Positions 1 through 9,809 of a stretch of 64,000 nucleotides of DNA are shown one piece after another (position 1 is the first letter of the stretch; each line of letters starts with the position of its first letter). The stretch covers positions 142,921-206,920 of the forward strand of contig CBFGKC010000002.1 of NCBI GenBank assembly GCA_965649265.1, read 5' to 3'. The stretch is from a candidate division WOR-3 bacterium (GTDB lineage: Bacteria; Hydrothermota; Tepidihabitantia; B3-TA06). A model generated the notes under the pieces. That model did no database searches. It saw nothing but the letters and a program-made list of their open reading frames with translations, and was not told the origin of the DNA. A program made the position numbers and the translations under genes.

Positions 1-1149
1 ACCCTGCTCCTGACTTATACAAGGCAAGTTCCTGATTCAATATCAGTAAATGAGGACTATCTCTGCTATGCCCTTTTAAACTCCTCTGGTGAACCTTACC
101 AAGGTTCTGATGGAATTATCTATAATTTCGCCGCCGGACCTATAATTCCCATCCGGTGCAAGGAACACTTTGCTTTACTGTACACATACGGCTATCCAGC
201 TGAGATCGAATACCCGACATGGGGAAAAGTTTCGCTGTTGGATGGCAATACACCCAAAGAAATACTGGACGTGCCACAATACGCAGGTCAATTTTGCTTT
301 ATCGATAACGGCATTTGGAATGGGGAAAGACTTTTTTGCGCTACTTCTCACGGATGTATTTGGCTTGATGACACACTTGAGCAGGATCCACATCAGGAAG
401 GGTATTTCTTTCCAAGAAGTACCGATCTTTACGGACAACACGCCGCGTTAGCTTCGGCAAACGCTGGAATAGGAATGATATATCATGGATTTAATAACCC
501 TTGGTTTGACCTCCTAGATAGCCAAGGAAATCTGGTCAACACTGAACCGCTTTACCTTGATTCTAACGAAGCTTATTATAATTTGAGCCTCGCTTACGGA
601 AACGGCCATTTTACAGCCGTCTATGACGGACGATATCCTAAATTATACACCATCAGGGGAATTGAAATTGATACTTCCATCAGTTTAGTTCACGAAGGAT
701 TTCTTTTCGGCGGACCGAGTGAGGAAAGGTATCCCGACATCTGCTTCGGCAAGGAGCATTTCCTTTTAGTCTGGTGCGACAATCGTTCGGGCAATTGGGA
801 CATTTACGGAAGGATTCTGGATTCGCTGTCGTACTCGGGTATCGAGGAGCCGCCCTCCTCCCCACCCTCCTCACCATCCCCCCTCCCCAAGGATGTTCGG
901 ACGATTGAGGTTGACAAGACGTGCTTCACGGATAGGCTTGGCATCAGACTGTTGAACGGCTCTGGCGAGGAAGGTATTGTCACTATTCGCGACGCAGTGG
1001 GAAGGATGGTGAAGACGCTTGAGACTCAAGACAGCGAAGCGGTTTGGGAAGGCCGCGGCCAGGACGGAACCGCGCTCAACAAAGGAGTCTACTTTGTGTC
1101 GCTCGAGCGAGGTACGGGGGTAAGACCGGTGAAAGTGGTAAAATTGTAG
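1..1149 (+). CDS. Secreted protein with C-terminal FlgD-Ig/T9SS-type sorting domain (5'-truncated by window)
   Basis: Frame +1 is open from base 1. Contains 'LVWCDNRSGNWDIYG', a Pro/Ser linker and the tail 'IRDAVGRMVKTL..WEGRGQDG..GVYFV..VKVVKL'. Confidence 0.75.
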   Translation, partial: TLLLTYTRQVPDSISVNEDYLCYALLNSSGEPYQGSDGIIYNFAAGPIIPIRCKEHFALLYTYGYPAEIEYPTWGKVSLLDGNTPKEILDVPQYAGQFCFIDNGIWNGERLFCATSHGCIWLDDTLEQDPHQEGYFFPRSTDLYGQHAALASANAGIGMIYHGFNNPWFDLLDSQGNLVNTEPLYLDSNEAYYNLSLAYGNGHFTAVYDGRYPKLYTIRGIEIDTSISLVHEGFLFGGPSEERYPDICFGKEHFLLVWCDNRSGNWDIYGRILDSLSYSGIEEPPSSPPSSPSPLPKDVRTIEVDKTCFTDRLGIRLLNGSGEEGIVTIRDAVGRMVKTLETQDSEAVWEGRGQDGTALNKGVYFVSLERGTGVRPVKVVKL

Positions 1150-1230
1150 CTTTAAGGCTGCTCTGGCGATGTTTTTTTAGAGGTGTATTCTAGGAGCGTT
1201 CTAAATTGGAGTGAATAAGGGTTTTTGCAC

Positions 1231-1258
1231 TTGACAAACTTTTATCTCGCTCTATAAT
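1231..1258 (+). promoter_or_regulatory. sigma70 promoter
   Basis: TTGACA-16 bp-TATAAT. Confidence 0.75.
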
Positions 1259-1290
1259 TCGTGCATATGCGCAAATCAAAGGAGGTGCAG

Positions 1291-1575
1291 ATGCACAAGC
1301 GACTCCTGACACTTGGGTTTCTGGTAGTCGTTGGTTTCGGTCTGCTCGCCGGATGCGGAGCATCCAAAGCCTTGATTGCTCAGATGGAAGCTGCCTGCCA
1401 GGCCGCGGATGACGCGGAAGCCAGGCTTGCAAATCTCGAGACTCAGCTTAAGGCTCTTCAATCCGACAAGACAGCAAAAGAAACACGCGTCCAGGAACTC
1501 GAACAACAAATCTCCGAGCTTGAGAACGCCAAGCCCTCGCGCGGTGGTGGCTCAACATCGGGAACTTCTAAGTAG
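1291..1575 (+). CDS. Small coiled-coil lipoprotein
   Basis: GGAGGT RBS before ATG 1291, lipobox LAGC, heptad-rich body. Confidence 0.7.
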   Translation: MHKRLLTLGFLVVVGFGLLAGCGASKALIAQMEAACQAADDAEARLANLETQLKALQSDKTAKETRVQELEQQISELENAKPSRGGGSTSGTSK

Positions 1576-1583
1576 GAGGATCA

Positions 1584-2171
1584 ATGGCTAAAAAATTCTT
1601 CCTTCTACTGGCCGTATGCCTCGTCGCTTTCAGCGGCGCGGTTTACGCTAAAAAGATATCGAAAAAGGACGCGGAAGCTCAGCTTGCCGCCTGCAACACC
1701 CGCAAGTCGACTGCAGAAGAAGGCATCAATGGCATGGAGCCCAAGATCAACACCCTCAAAGGTGAAGTATCTGCGCTCGATACCAAGATTGCCGAACTTG
1801 AAGCCAGGCTTGCCGAACTTCAGAAGCAGCCCAAATACTGGGGCCGTTACACCGTAAAGTCGGGCGACTATCTTTACAAGATAGCCGATGATCCGTTCGT
1901 TTACCACGACGGATCAAAGTGGCCTCTGATATATGAAGCCAACAACGACATAATCAAAGACCCCAACTTGATCTATCCTGGCTGGGTACTTTTCATCCCC
2001 GGTCTCAACGAATGGAAGGTCATATCTGGCGACTGCCTCTGGAAGATAGCAAATTCTGTAGCAGTCTACGGAGATGCAGCCAAGTGGCCTCAGATTTACG
2101 AAGCCAACAAGGATCAAATCAAGGATCCTGACCTGATCTATCCTAATCAGGTTTTCAACATTCCGCGTTAA
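1584..2171 (+). CDS. Exported coiled-coil + 2x LysM peptidoglycan-binding protein
   Basis: Signal peptide, then two 'V.SGD.L.KIA...KWP.IYEAN.D.IKDP.LIYP' LysM repeats. Confidence 0.9.
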   Translation: MAKKFFLLLAVCLVAFSGAVYAKKISKKDAEAQLAACNTRKSTAEEGINGMEPKINTLKGEVSALDTKIAELEARLAELQKQPKYWGRYTVKSGDYLYKIADDPFVYHDGSKWPLIYEANNDIIKDPNLIYPGWVLFIPGLNEWKVISGDCLWKIANSVAVYGDAAKWPQIYEANKDQIKDPDLIYPNQVFNIPR

Positions 2172-2187
2172 TCGCGAGATAATTCTT

Positions 2188-2215
2188 GAGGGGAAGACCC
2201 CAGGGTCTTCCCCTC
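2188..2215 (+). terminator. Intrinsic terminator hairpin
   Basis: GAGGGGAAGACCC-ca-GGGTCTTCCCCTC followed by TTATT. Confidence 0.75.
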
Positions 2216-2237
2216 TTATTCTGCACAGATAATTTCC

Positions 2238-3176
2238 ATGGCAAGACGAATAGTGAAAATAAAAGATGTGGATCCAGTACTCTTATCCGGCGTGGGAGAG
2301 GAGAACTTCCGCATACTCAGGCAGAATTTCGACGCCCAGATCATCGCTCGCGGTAACAAGCTGACCCTTGAGGGTCCGGATGAGGAGGTGGATAAGGTCG
2401 CGGAACTGATTGAGCGTCTTTCCGGGATAATACGTTCCGGTAGACTCGTTAACCCTGAAATTGTCATAGCCGAAGTCGAAGGAGCAAGGGGGATAAGAAA
2501 ACACAAGGAAATGGAGGAAGGAGTTATTTATACACCGAGGAAGATAATCAGGCCGCAATCGGAACATCAGGAAAAATACATAAAGAGCATTGAGGAACAC
2601 CCGGTTACCTTCGGCATAGGCCCTGCCGGCACGGGAAAGACCTATCTGGCCGTCGCAAAAGCGGTTGAGGCCCTGGCCAACGACCGGATAGACCGCATCA
2701 TACTTACCAGACCGGCGGTAGAGGCAGGGGAGTCCCTGGGATTTCTGCCTGGCGATTTGAAGGAGAAGGTGGATCCATATTTGCGGCCTCTCTATGACGC
2801 GCTTTCGGACATGGTTCCGGTGGAAAGAATGCGTCGATTCCTGGATAACCAGGTCATCGAGATAGCCCCTTTGGCTTTTATGAGGGGGAGAACCCTTTCC
2901 GATTCTTTCATAATCCTTGACGAAGCGCAAAACACCACGCCTACCCAAATGAAGATGTTTTTGACCAGGCTCGGCTGGAACTCCCATGCCATCATTACTG
3001 GTGACGTTACGCAGATCGACCTGGCTCATTCCAGGGAATCGGGGCTTCTGGACGCCTTAAACGTTTTGACCGACGTAAAAGGCGTCAGCTTCGTTCACTT
3101 CGACGCGACCGACGTGGTAAGACCCCCACTGGTCTCGGCGATAATCATCGCATATGAGAAGAAAAACGTTAAATAG
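2238..3176 (+). CDS. phoH: PhoH family ATPase (YbeZ)
   Basis: GPAGTGKT, RPAVEAGESLGFLPG, FMRGRT, DEAQN motifs. Confidence 0.95.
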   Translation: MARRIVKIKDVDPVLLSGVGEENFRILRQNFDAQIIARGNKLTLEGPDEEVDKVAELIERLSGIIRSGRLVNPEIVIAEVEGARGIRKHKEMEEGVIYTPRKIIRPQSEHQEKYIKSIEEHPVTFGIGPAGTGKTYLAVAKAVEALANDRIDRIILTRPAVEAGESLGFLPGDLKEKVDPYLRPLYDALSDMVPVERMRRFLDNQVIEIAPLAFMRGRTLSDSFIILDEAQNTTPTQMKMFLTRLGWNSHAIITGDVTQIDLAHSRESGLLDALNVLTDVKGVSFVHFDATDVVRPPLVSAIIIAYEKKNVK

Positions 3177-5286
3177 GCTCGCCGTTGCCGCCTGTTTTGT
3201 TCTGGTTGTTGCGGCATTGAATCTCGGACCGCTGCTCTCTCCTCCGGAGAAGTACGAATACTCGCTCGGAGAGAAAGCCGAGAAATCCCTTTACGCACCA
3301 ATATCCTTCAAGCTACTGAAGGACAAGGAAAAATTACAGATGGAGCAGGACAGCGCAGCCGCCCTTGTCCTGCCTGTTCTCCTGCTCGACGAGGATGTCG
3401 AGAGGAAAGTGATTAAGAATCTCCATAATCTGAGATTCCCGGATTCCGTGCCTGCAGAGTTCTCTTCCCAGACTCGCGAGATTCTGGTAACTTCAGGCAG
3501 AGACGTTGTACTTGCCGCCGCAGACAGCCTTTTTACGAATACCCTAGCTCAGGGTTACTTCTTTCAGAAAGACGATCCCGATTACTCTAATACAAGAAAG
3601 GTGATCATAAGAATGGGTAAGAAGGATCAGGAGGTAGAGGAGTATCTTTCAACCGTGCTCGGCCCTGCCGATATAGACACACTGACCACAAATTCGGCAC
3701 GCCGGGCCTTTCCCGCAGACCCGGCCAAAAGGGAGGCGTTAACGGAGATAACACTCAGAATTCTCGTTCCGAATCTTGTCTCGGACGAAAAAGAGACAGA
3801 AACTCGCAAACAGGCCGCACGCGCGAAGATAAGCACGTACGAAGGATTCGTGGAAAGGGGTGAGCTGATTCTCGAGGAGAATTCAAAGGTCGATGAAGGT
3901 GTTTTAAAGAAAATAGAAGCGTTGAATGCCGCGATAGAAGGCGATTGGAGATTAAGGCTTGAACTCCTGTTTCGCCAGAACCTCTTCGCGATAATCGTCA
4001 TATTTCTGTTCGGGGGCTCGATGTATATACTTCGAAGGGACCCGCCTGTAAGAGACGTCTTTTTTATCACCATACTTCTTGTTACAGGAATACTTGCAAA
4101 CTTCGCGCTCCGACGCTTTTCGGTATGGTGGTTCATGCCGGCAGGATTCATCGCTCTTTCCGCCGCACTTTTCCTTTCGCCGCTCGAGGGAATATTGCTC
4201 GCGAGTACGACTTCCCTTCTCTTTTATCTGCCGTGGCAGACGGAACCGGAATATCTCCTTTACGCCTTGCTTTCCGGATTCGGCGCCCTTCTTGGATACC
4301 GATACATGAGACGCAGAATTGGTTTCGCCGTTATGTTCTCCTTCACTCTCGTCGCCGGTATCGTAGCAAGAGGTGGTTTTCTTCTGGCCAAATCAACCAT
4401 CACTATGCATGAATTATACACCCTTGGGGCATCAGTTGGAATAAATGCCTTTCTCAATCTCCTCTTCTTCGTTATCGCCTTCTTTCTCGCGGAAAGGGTA
4501 TTTGGTTACACCTCTCCCCTGACTCTCAACGAACTGGCTAACCTGAACCGGAATCTTTTCAAGGAATTCTCAATGCGTGCCGCAGGTTCATACCACCACA
4601 GCATTGTAGTAGGAAACCTGGCCGAGAGTGCAGCCCGCATCATCGGAGCCAATCCTTCACTTGCCTTGACCGGCGGTTACTATCACGATATCGGCAAGAT
4701 GGCAAAACCTCAGTATTTTATCGAAAACCAGCTGGACACAAGCAACCCGCATGATACCCTGAAACCCAGAATTTCCGCATTGATCCTTACGAGCCACGTC
4801 AAGGAAGGACTGGCTATTGCCGAAAAGAACCACCTCCCCCGTCAAGTCAAGGAGATTATTCGCGAGCACCACGGAACGACCCGGATGGAATCCTTCTACA
4901 AGAAGCATCTGGAGAATCCGGGTGATAACGATGTCCCCGAATCCGATTTCCGTTATCAAGGCCCCAAGCCCCAGAGGAAAGAAGCGGCGCTTGTTATGCT
5001 GGCTGACTCCGTGGAGGCCGCGGTGCGTTCCCGGGGCTTTGCGGACAGGGAAGAGCTTGAGAAACTGGTCAAAGAGATAATTGACCATAAGGTCTCCGAC
5101 GGTCAGCTTGACGAATGCGCTTTTACGACCGCAGACATTCAAAAAGTCAGGAGGTTATTTACCATAAAACTCCTGGGGATCTTCCACCCCAGAATTCAAT
5201 ATGAAAAGAAAAATAACTATCAAATCACCGAAAAGGATACAAAAAAACGCCCTCCGCGATCTAATCCAAAGAGTACTCCAGGCTGA
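3154..5286 (+). CDS. 7TM-HD/HDIG phosphohydrolase (PgpH-like c-di-AMP phosphodiesterase)
   Basis: Extracytoplasmic domain, about 7 TM helices, YHHS..YHDIGK..EHHGT..LADSVEA; usual phoH-HD-ybeY order. Confidence 0.88.
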   Translation: MRRKTLNRLAVAACFVLVVAALNLGPLLSPPEKYEYSLGEKAEKSLYAPISFKLLKDKEKLQMEQDSAAALVLPVLLLDEDVERKVIKNLHNLRFPDSVPAEFSSQTREILVTSGRDVVLAAADSLFTNTLAQGYFFQKDDPDYSNTRKVIIRMGKKDQEVEEYLSTVLGPADIDTLTTNSARRAFPADPAKREALTEITLRILVPNLVSDEKETETRKQAARAKISTYEGFVERGELILEENSKVDEGVLKKIEALNAAIEGDWRLRLELLFRQNLFAIIVIFLFGGSMYILRRDPPVRDVFFITILLVTGILANFALRRFSVWWFMPAGFIALSAALFLSPLEGILLASTTSLLFYLPWQTEPEYLLYALLSGFGALLGYRYMRRRIGFAVMFSFTLVAGIVARGGFLLAKSTITMHELYTLGASVGINAFLNLLFFVIAFFLAERVFGYTSPLTLNELANLNRNLFKEFSMRAAGSYHHSIVVGNLAESAARIIGANPSLALTGGYYHDIGKMAKPQYFIENQLDTSNPHDTLKPRISALILTSHVKEGLAIAEKNHLPRQVKEIIREHHGTTRMESFYKKHLENPGDNDVPESDFRYQGPKPQRKEAALVMLADSVEAAVRSRGFADREELEKLVKEIIDHKVSDGQLDECAFTTADIQKVRRLFTIKLLGIFHPRIQYEKKNNYQITEKDTKKRPPRSNPKSTPG

Positions 5287-5575
5287 AAAGAATCCCAAAG
5301 GATTGAATCTTGTGCTCGCGGATGATGATCTACTCTCGCAACTCAACGAGCGTTTCAAGGGACGCAATGGTCCTACAGACGTGCTTTCTTTCCCGTTTGA
5401 CGAGGAAGATTTCCTTGGAGAGATATACGTTTCACTTGACCGGGCAAAGGAGCAAGCCCTGCAATACAATGCAACCGAGGAAGAAGAAGTACAAAGACTC
5501 GTCCTGCACGGCCTCCTTCATCTTTTGGGGTACAACCACAGGCAGATGCCGGCGCGCCTGAAAAGATATCTGTGA
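5201..5575 (+). CDS. ybeY: rRNA maturation endoribonuclease YbeY
   Basis: PTDVLSFP, HGLLHLLGYNH. Confidence 0.95.
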   Translation: MKRKITIKSPKRIQKNALRDLIQRVLQAEKNPKGLNLVLADDDLLSQLNERFKGRNGPTDVLSFPFDEEDFLGEIYVSLDRAKEQALQYNATEEEEVQRLVLHGLLHLLGYNHRQMPARLKRYL

Positions 5576-6822
5576 TCACTGCATATATCATAACAATAGC
5601 CGTCCTGCTTGCGGCAAGCGCTTTCTTTTCGAGTTCTGAGACGGCGTACTTCTCGCTCTCACCATTAAGAAGCGCCAAGCTCGGCGAAGCCGTAATCGTA
5701 CGCAAACTGCTGAGATCACGCGACAGGTTGCTCGCAACGCTGCTTTCCGGCAATCTCATCGTCAATTTCGCGGCGACCTCCCTCTGGACGACGCTCCTGG
5801 TTTTAATCTCCGCACGACTTGGATGGAACGAGGCATCTCTGCTTTCCATCGGAGCCGCAGCAATGGTTCTTATACTCCTCATTGTGGGTGAAATTACCCC
5901 CAAACTCACGGCAATAAGAGTCCCCATGTTTTTCGTGAAACTTAACGCTCCATTGCTTTTGTTTTTTACATGGATTTTCTTTCCATTAACCTGGGCACTC
6001 GGCTGGCTTTCGGAAATCCTGTTTAGAAGGCGGCGCAAGGAACGCCCTTTTCCGACGGACGAGGAAGTGAAAACCATGATAGAAATGGCCGTGAGATACG
6101 GTATCCTCCGTCCGCAGGAGGAGAGGATTATGGAAAATCTCGTCGATCTCGGTGAACGAATCGTGAGTGAGGTGATGACCCCCAGAGTAGGCATGAAGGC
6201 GCTGCCGCTTGATACTACGCGTTCCGAGGCACTTTCCTTTGCGCGAAAGACCCTGAAATCACGTTATCCCGTCTACGACAAAACCCAGGATAGAATAGTG
6301 GGAGTCGTTTACACGAAGGACATTCTCACCTGCCCGGAAAGAACGCGCCTGAAGAAACTCCTTCGCGAACCAATATTCGTCCCGGAAACGAAAACCCTTT
6401 CCTCGATGCTTGAAGAGCTCAGGCGCTCCGATCAGCACATAGCCATCGTCGTAGACGAATTCGGCGGCACTGCAGGTCTCGTTACACTCGAGGACATTCT
6501 GGAGGCAATTTTCGGCGAGATAGTCGACGAGTACGATTCGAGTCACCCGTTCAAAAAGATATCCGAACGAATCTATGTTGTAGACGGGGATATCGACATT
6601 GCGACATTGAACCATTTGTTCGACGACGCTTTCCAGGAGGCGGAGGAGGATTTTTCGAGATTATCCGAACTGATTACGGACGAACTGGAACACATACCCA
6701 AGGCAGGAGAAACCATTGAATACAAGGGTACCAGGATCACCGTGCGAAAGGTGCGAAGACAGAGGATCGAAAAAGTCGTTGTCGAGCTTCTGCCTGCCGA
6801 GTCCCCGGAGGAGAACAGATGA
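5572..6822 (+). CDS. CNNM/HlyC-CorC protein (DUF21 + CBS pair + CorC)
   Basis: FFSSSETA, GEITPK, VMTPR, VVDEFGGTAGLVTLED. Confidence 0.92.
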   Translation: MITAYIITIAVLLAASAFFSSSETAYFSLSPLRSAKLGEAVIVRKLLRSRDRLLATLLSGNLIVNFAATSLWTTLLVLISARLGWNEASLLSIGAAAMVLILLIVGEITPKLTAIRVPMFFVKLNAPLLLFFTWIFFPLTWALGWLSEILFRRRRKERPFPTDEEVKTMIEMAVRYGILRPQEERIMENLVDLGERIVSEVMTPRVGMKALPLDTTRSEALSFARKTLKSRYPVYDKTQDRIVGVVYTKDILTCPERTRLKKLLREPIFVPETKTLSSMLEELRRSDQHIAIVVDEFGGTAGLVTLEDILEAIFGEIVDEYDSSHPFKKISERIYVVDGDIDIATLNHLFDDAFQEAEEDFSRLSELITDELEHIPKAGETIEYKGTRITVRKVRRQRIEKVVVELLPAESPEENR

Positions 6823-7742
6823 TGCTTCTTCTGGGACTTTTGTTCATCCTGATTCAAGGTTTCTTCGCCGGCGCCGAGACCGCTTACGTGGTCGCCAACC
6901 CGGTAAGGGTCGCGCACTTTACGCGCAACTCTAAAAGACAGGAGCATGCGCTCGACCTCCTGCGTAACACCGAACTCGTGCTTGTACTGACTCTTATAGG
7001 AACAAACATCTCGACCGTGCTCTCGAGCTTCTTTCTTACGAGTTATTTTCTGGATACGTATGGAACGTCAGGAACCCTCATAGCCATAATCTCTGGATCC
7101 TTGTGCGGCCTCATCTTCGGTGACTACATCCCCAAAAGCTTCGCCCGGATTACCGCCGAAAGATTCGTTGCGGCCACAGTAGGATTCTTCAGTCCTGCCT
7201 CGACGCTCCTCAAGCCGTTCGGCCGTTTGTTCCGCAAGCCCCAGCCGAGGGAACGGGGAATCGATCGCCTCTCAATTTCCAGGCCCGAGATGCTTACGGC
7301 CATAAAACTCGGGGAAAAAATCGGAAGCATCGAGGAGAAAACATCCCCCCGGGTAGCCAATCTCTTCTCGGCTTTCGACACGCCCCTTTCGGACGTCATG
7401 ACTCCGTGGGACAGGGTGATCAAAATACCTGCGGGATCGAGGAGGAAAAGGATACTGGATATCGTAAGCGAGGAGGGCTTTACTCGCTATCCTGTAATAG
7501 ACCGGGATTCCGGCAAAATTCTCGGAATTTTAAGGACAAAGGACCTCCTTGAACCGAGGATACGTCTTTACCCGGCTTTCTTCACCAACCCCGGCATACG
7601 CATCACGGAGCTTTTGCGCACCATGCAGTCGAAACACGAACACATGGCCATCGTTCTTGACCTAGACGATAACCCCATAGGCATAGTGACGTTCGAGGAT
7701 TTATTAGAAGAATTCGTCGGTGAGATACGCAGCGAGGAATAA
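6819..7742 (+). CDS. Second CNNM (DUF21 + CBS) protein lacking the CorC domain
   Basis: FFAGAETA, GDYIPK, GIVTFEDLLEEFVGEI at the C-terminus. Confidence 0.88.
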   Translation: MMLLLGLLFILIQGFFAGAETAYVVANPVRVAHFTRNSKRQEHALDLLRNTELVLVLTLIGTNISTVLSSFFLTSYFLDTYGTSGTLIAIISGSLCGLIFGDYIPKSFARITAERFVAATVGFFSPASTLLKPFGRLFRKPQPRERGIDRLSISRPEMLTAIKLGEKIGSIEEKTSPRVANLFSAFDTPLSDVMTPWDRVIKIPAGSRRKRILDIVSEEGFTRYPVIDRDSGKILGILRTKDLLEPRIRLYPAFFTNPGIRITELLRTMQSKHEHMAIVLDLDDNPIGIVTFEDLLEEFVGEIRSEE

Positions 7743-7786
7743 CTCCCGCCCCACTCCCGAACACATCAAATGGCAGGCGAGTACAC

Positions 7787-7814
7787 TTGACAGGCTTTAA
7801 TTTGCAACTAAAAT
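7787..7814 (+). promoter_or_regulatory. sigma70 promoter
   Basis: TTGACA-16 bp-TAAAAT. Confidence 0.65.
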
Positions 7815-7820
7815 AGATAT

Positions 7821-8080
7821 GGTAATACATAATGGGTCGGTTATCTGTCAGAATACTTCACGAAAGAATGTATGAGAATTCGGGTCGGATCGGTTAGAGC
7901 GAGTGAAGATGGTAGTGTTTCGGCATATGAATTAGGGTCGAAGTTCCAGTCCATTTCTGGAACGTAACGCTTCCACGAAGAAGCGCGGTCGGATGGCTGG
8001 GAGTTCCGGATTCCTCCTCCACGGGACTCCCAGCTACGTTTGACATGGGGAGTTCAGCCTTGACCGGTCATCTTTTCCTT
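7821..8080 (+). ncRNA. Candidate structured RNA or long 5' leader of unknown class
   Basis: No ORF. Hairpins 7943-7963, 7968-7985 and 7994-8036 are enclosed by long-range pairing of 7905-7942 with 8039-8075. Confidence 0.5.
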
Positions 8081-8119
8081 CTAAAATAAGTTCGTTGTCA
8101 CAAATCAAAGGAGTGTAGT

Positions 8120-8485
8120 ATGCCGGGAAAAAAGCTTGTTATAATAGCAACACACGGGCCCGAGGACCCCGAGCGTGCAACAATACCTTTCGTAATGGCC
8201 ACCGCCGCCCAGGCTTCGGGGATAGAAGTAGTAATGGCCTTTCAGTCCAACGCGGTAATGCTTGCTAAAAAGGACTGCCTCAAGCACGTTTTTGCCGCTG
8301 GATTTCCTCCTCTGGAGGAACTCGTGAATGCTTATCTAGAAGCAGGCGGAAAAATGCTTTTGTGTGGCCCATGTATCAACTCCCGCAAACTGGAAAAGGA
8401 GGATTTCATCCCCGGAGCCGTAATCGTAAACGCGGCCACGCTCGTTAACGAGGTCATGAACTCCCAGCAGAGCCTTAGGTATTGA
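8120..8485 (+). CDS. DsrE/DsrF-like family protein
   Basis: THGPEDPERATIPF and C-GP-C motifs, 121 aa, AGGAG RBS. Confidence 0.85.
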   Translation: MPGKKLVIIATHGPEDPERATIPFVMATAAQASGIEVVMAFQSNAVMLAKKDCLKHVFAAGFPPLEELVNAYLEAGGKMLLCGPCINSRKLEKEDFIPGAVIVNAATLVNEVMNSQQSLRY

Positions 8486-8696
8486 GCAAGGAGTAATGGG
8501 AAAGTGGCGAGGGCACCCGGGGTTCCATCGGAGGGCTTCGTCTTAATAGGAAATGCAAGGGGAGTGTTGCTGGAGGGCTGGAGGGGAAGGTGACCTTGAC
8601 TTCTCCGGCAGCCTCTATAGATTGAGGTATGCGCGAAGTCAAAACGACCCGCGGAGTTACTTCGAGTCTTCCGAGAAACAATGAAGATAATCGATA

Positions 8697-9809
8697 ATGA
8701 AAGACGTTGAAGTCAAGTTATATACGACAAAGAAGATACTGAACGAGCACAAGCGCGCGGACGAGGGGTGGTTCTGGGTGCGCTACTCGGCCTATCCCTA
8801 CAAGGGCTGCTCGAACGGCTGCCGCTACTGTTACGAGTGGGACGAAAAATACGCACCCATGAAGGATTACACCCTCATGGATAAGGTGGTGATGGTGAAG
8901 GAGAACGCGGTCGAACGTCTCAAGAAAGAGCTGCCGCGTAAACAGAAGGACGTGGTGTGCGTGGGTGACTGGCAGCCCGTTGAGGCGAAGTACGGGCTCT
9001 CGCGGAAGATGCTCGAGATAGTATACCAGTTGAAATTCCCCTTGATGATCATAGAACGCGCGCCGCTACTGACGAAAGATCTGGATATCCTCAAGGATAT
9101 TTCTTGTCAGACCGATGCTTATGTCGGATATTCGATTGTGGCGACAAGGGATGACGCGACAAGGCTGCACTTCGAACCCAGGGGTCCCTCGGTCAAAGGC
9201 AGGTTCAGCGCGATGAAAAGGATTGCGGAGGCGGGCGTGATGATCGGAACCCTGGCCATGCCTATCCTGCCCTATATCTTCGATTCGGACGAGGAGTTGA
9301 GGCTTCTTGTCCGGATGACCCGCGATGCGGGTGGCGGCTTTGTTCTGTTCGGAGGATTGACCCTGTGGGGAACATGCAAGAACGTCTACAACGAAGCTCT
9401 GGAATCGTATAACCCCGATCTTATCACCGCGACCGAGAAGTGGGATCGGGACAAGGCAGCCAAAACCCAGTGGGTTCGCAGGTGTCATCTCACGATTGCG
9501 GAGGAGTGCGAACGCGTGGGTATCAAGCATTTTATCAAAAGACCTGTTTCTTTTTATCCCAAAGACTTGAGGCGCAACAAGGAGATTGCCGGCATGCTGT
9601 TCGTAAAGGCAAGGGACATCCAGATGCTGGGGGAGTCCGATTACAGGTCAATGGCCTACACCAGGGTGGGCAGAACCGTTGACGGGCTCCTCCTGGATAT
9701 CGGTTCGATTTACCGTGAACAGGGCAGACGAGGACTTACGGCACTCGACGGCGTCGGCGAGAAAATAGCGGACGAGATCGAGACGTTGCTCGGGAAGAGC
9801 GGACAGTGA
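8697..9809 (+). CDS. Radical SAM protein (SplB/Rv2578c-like) with C-terminal helix-hairpin-helix domain
   Basis: PYKGCSNGCRYC, DWQPVE, MPILP; tail 'LTALDGVGEKIADEIE'. Confidence 0.85.
   Translation: MKDVEVKLYTTKKILNEHKRADEGWFWVRYSAYPYKGCSNGCRYCYEWDEKYAPMKDYTLMDKVVMVKENAVERLKKELPRKQKDVVCVGDWQPVEAKYGLSRKMLEIVYQLKFPLMIIERAPLLTKDLDILKDISCQTDAYVGYSIVATRDDATRLHFEPRGPSVKGRFSAMKRIAEAGVMIGTLAMPILPYIFDSDEELRLLVRMTRDAGGGFVLFGGLTLWGTCKNVYNEALESYNPDLITATEKWDRDKAAKTQWVRRCHLTIAEECERVGIKHFIKRPVSFYPKDLRRNKEIAGMLFVKARDIQMLGESDYRSMAYTRVGRTVDGLLLDIGSIYREQGRRGLTALDGVGEKIADEIETLLGKSGQ

Noticed and set aside
7821-8080. tRNA-Sec, tmRNA or SRP assignment for the structured RNA
   Set aside because: No T-loop/CCA end, tag reading frame or SRP domain IV motif was seen.
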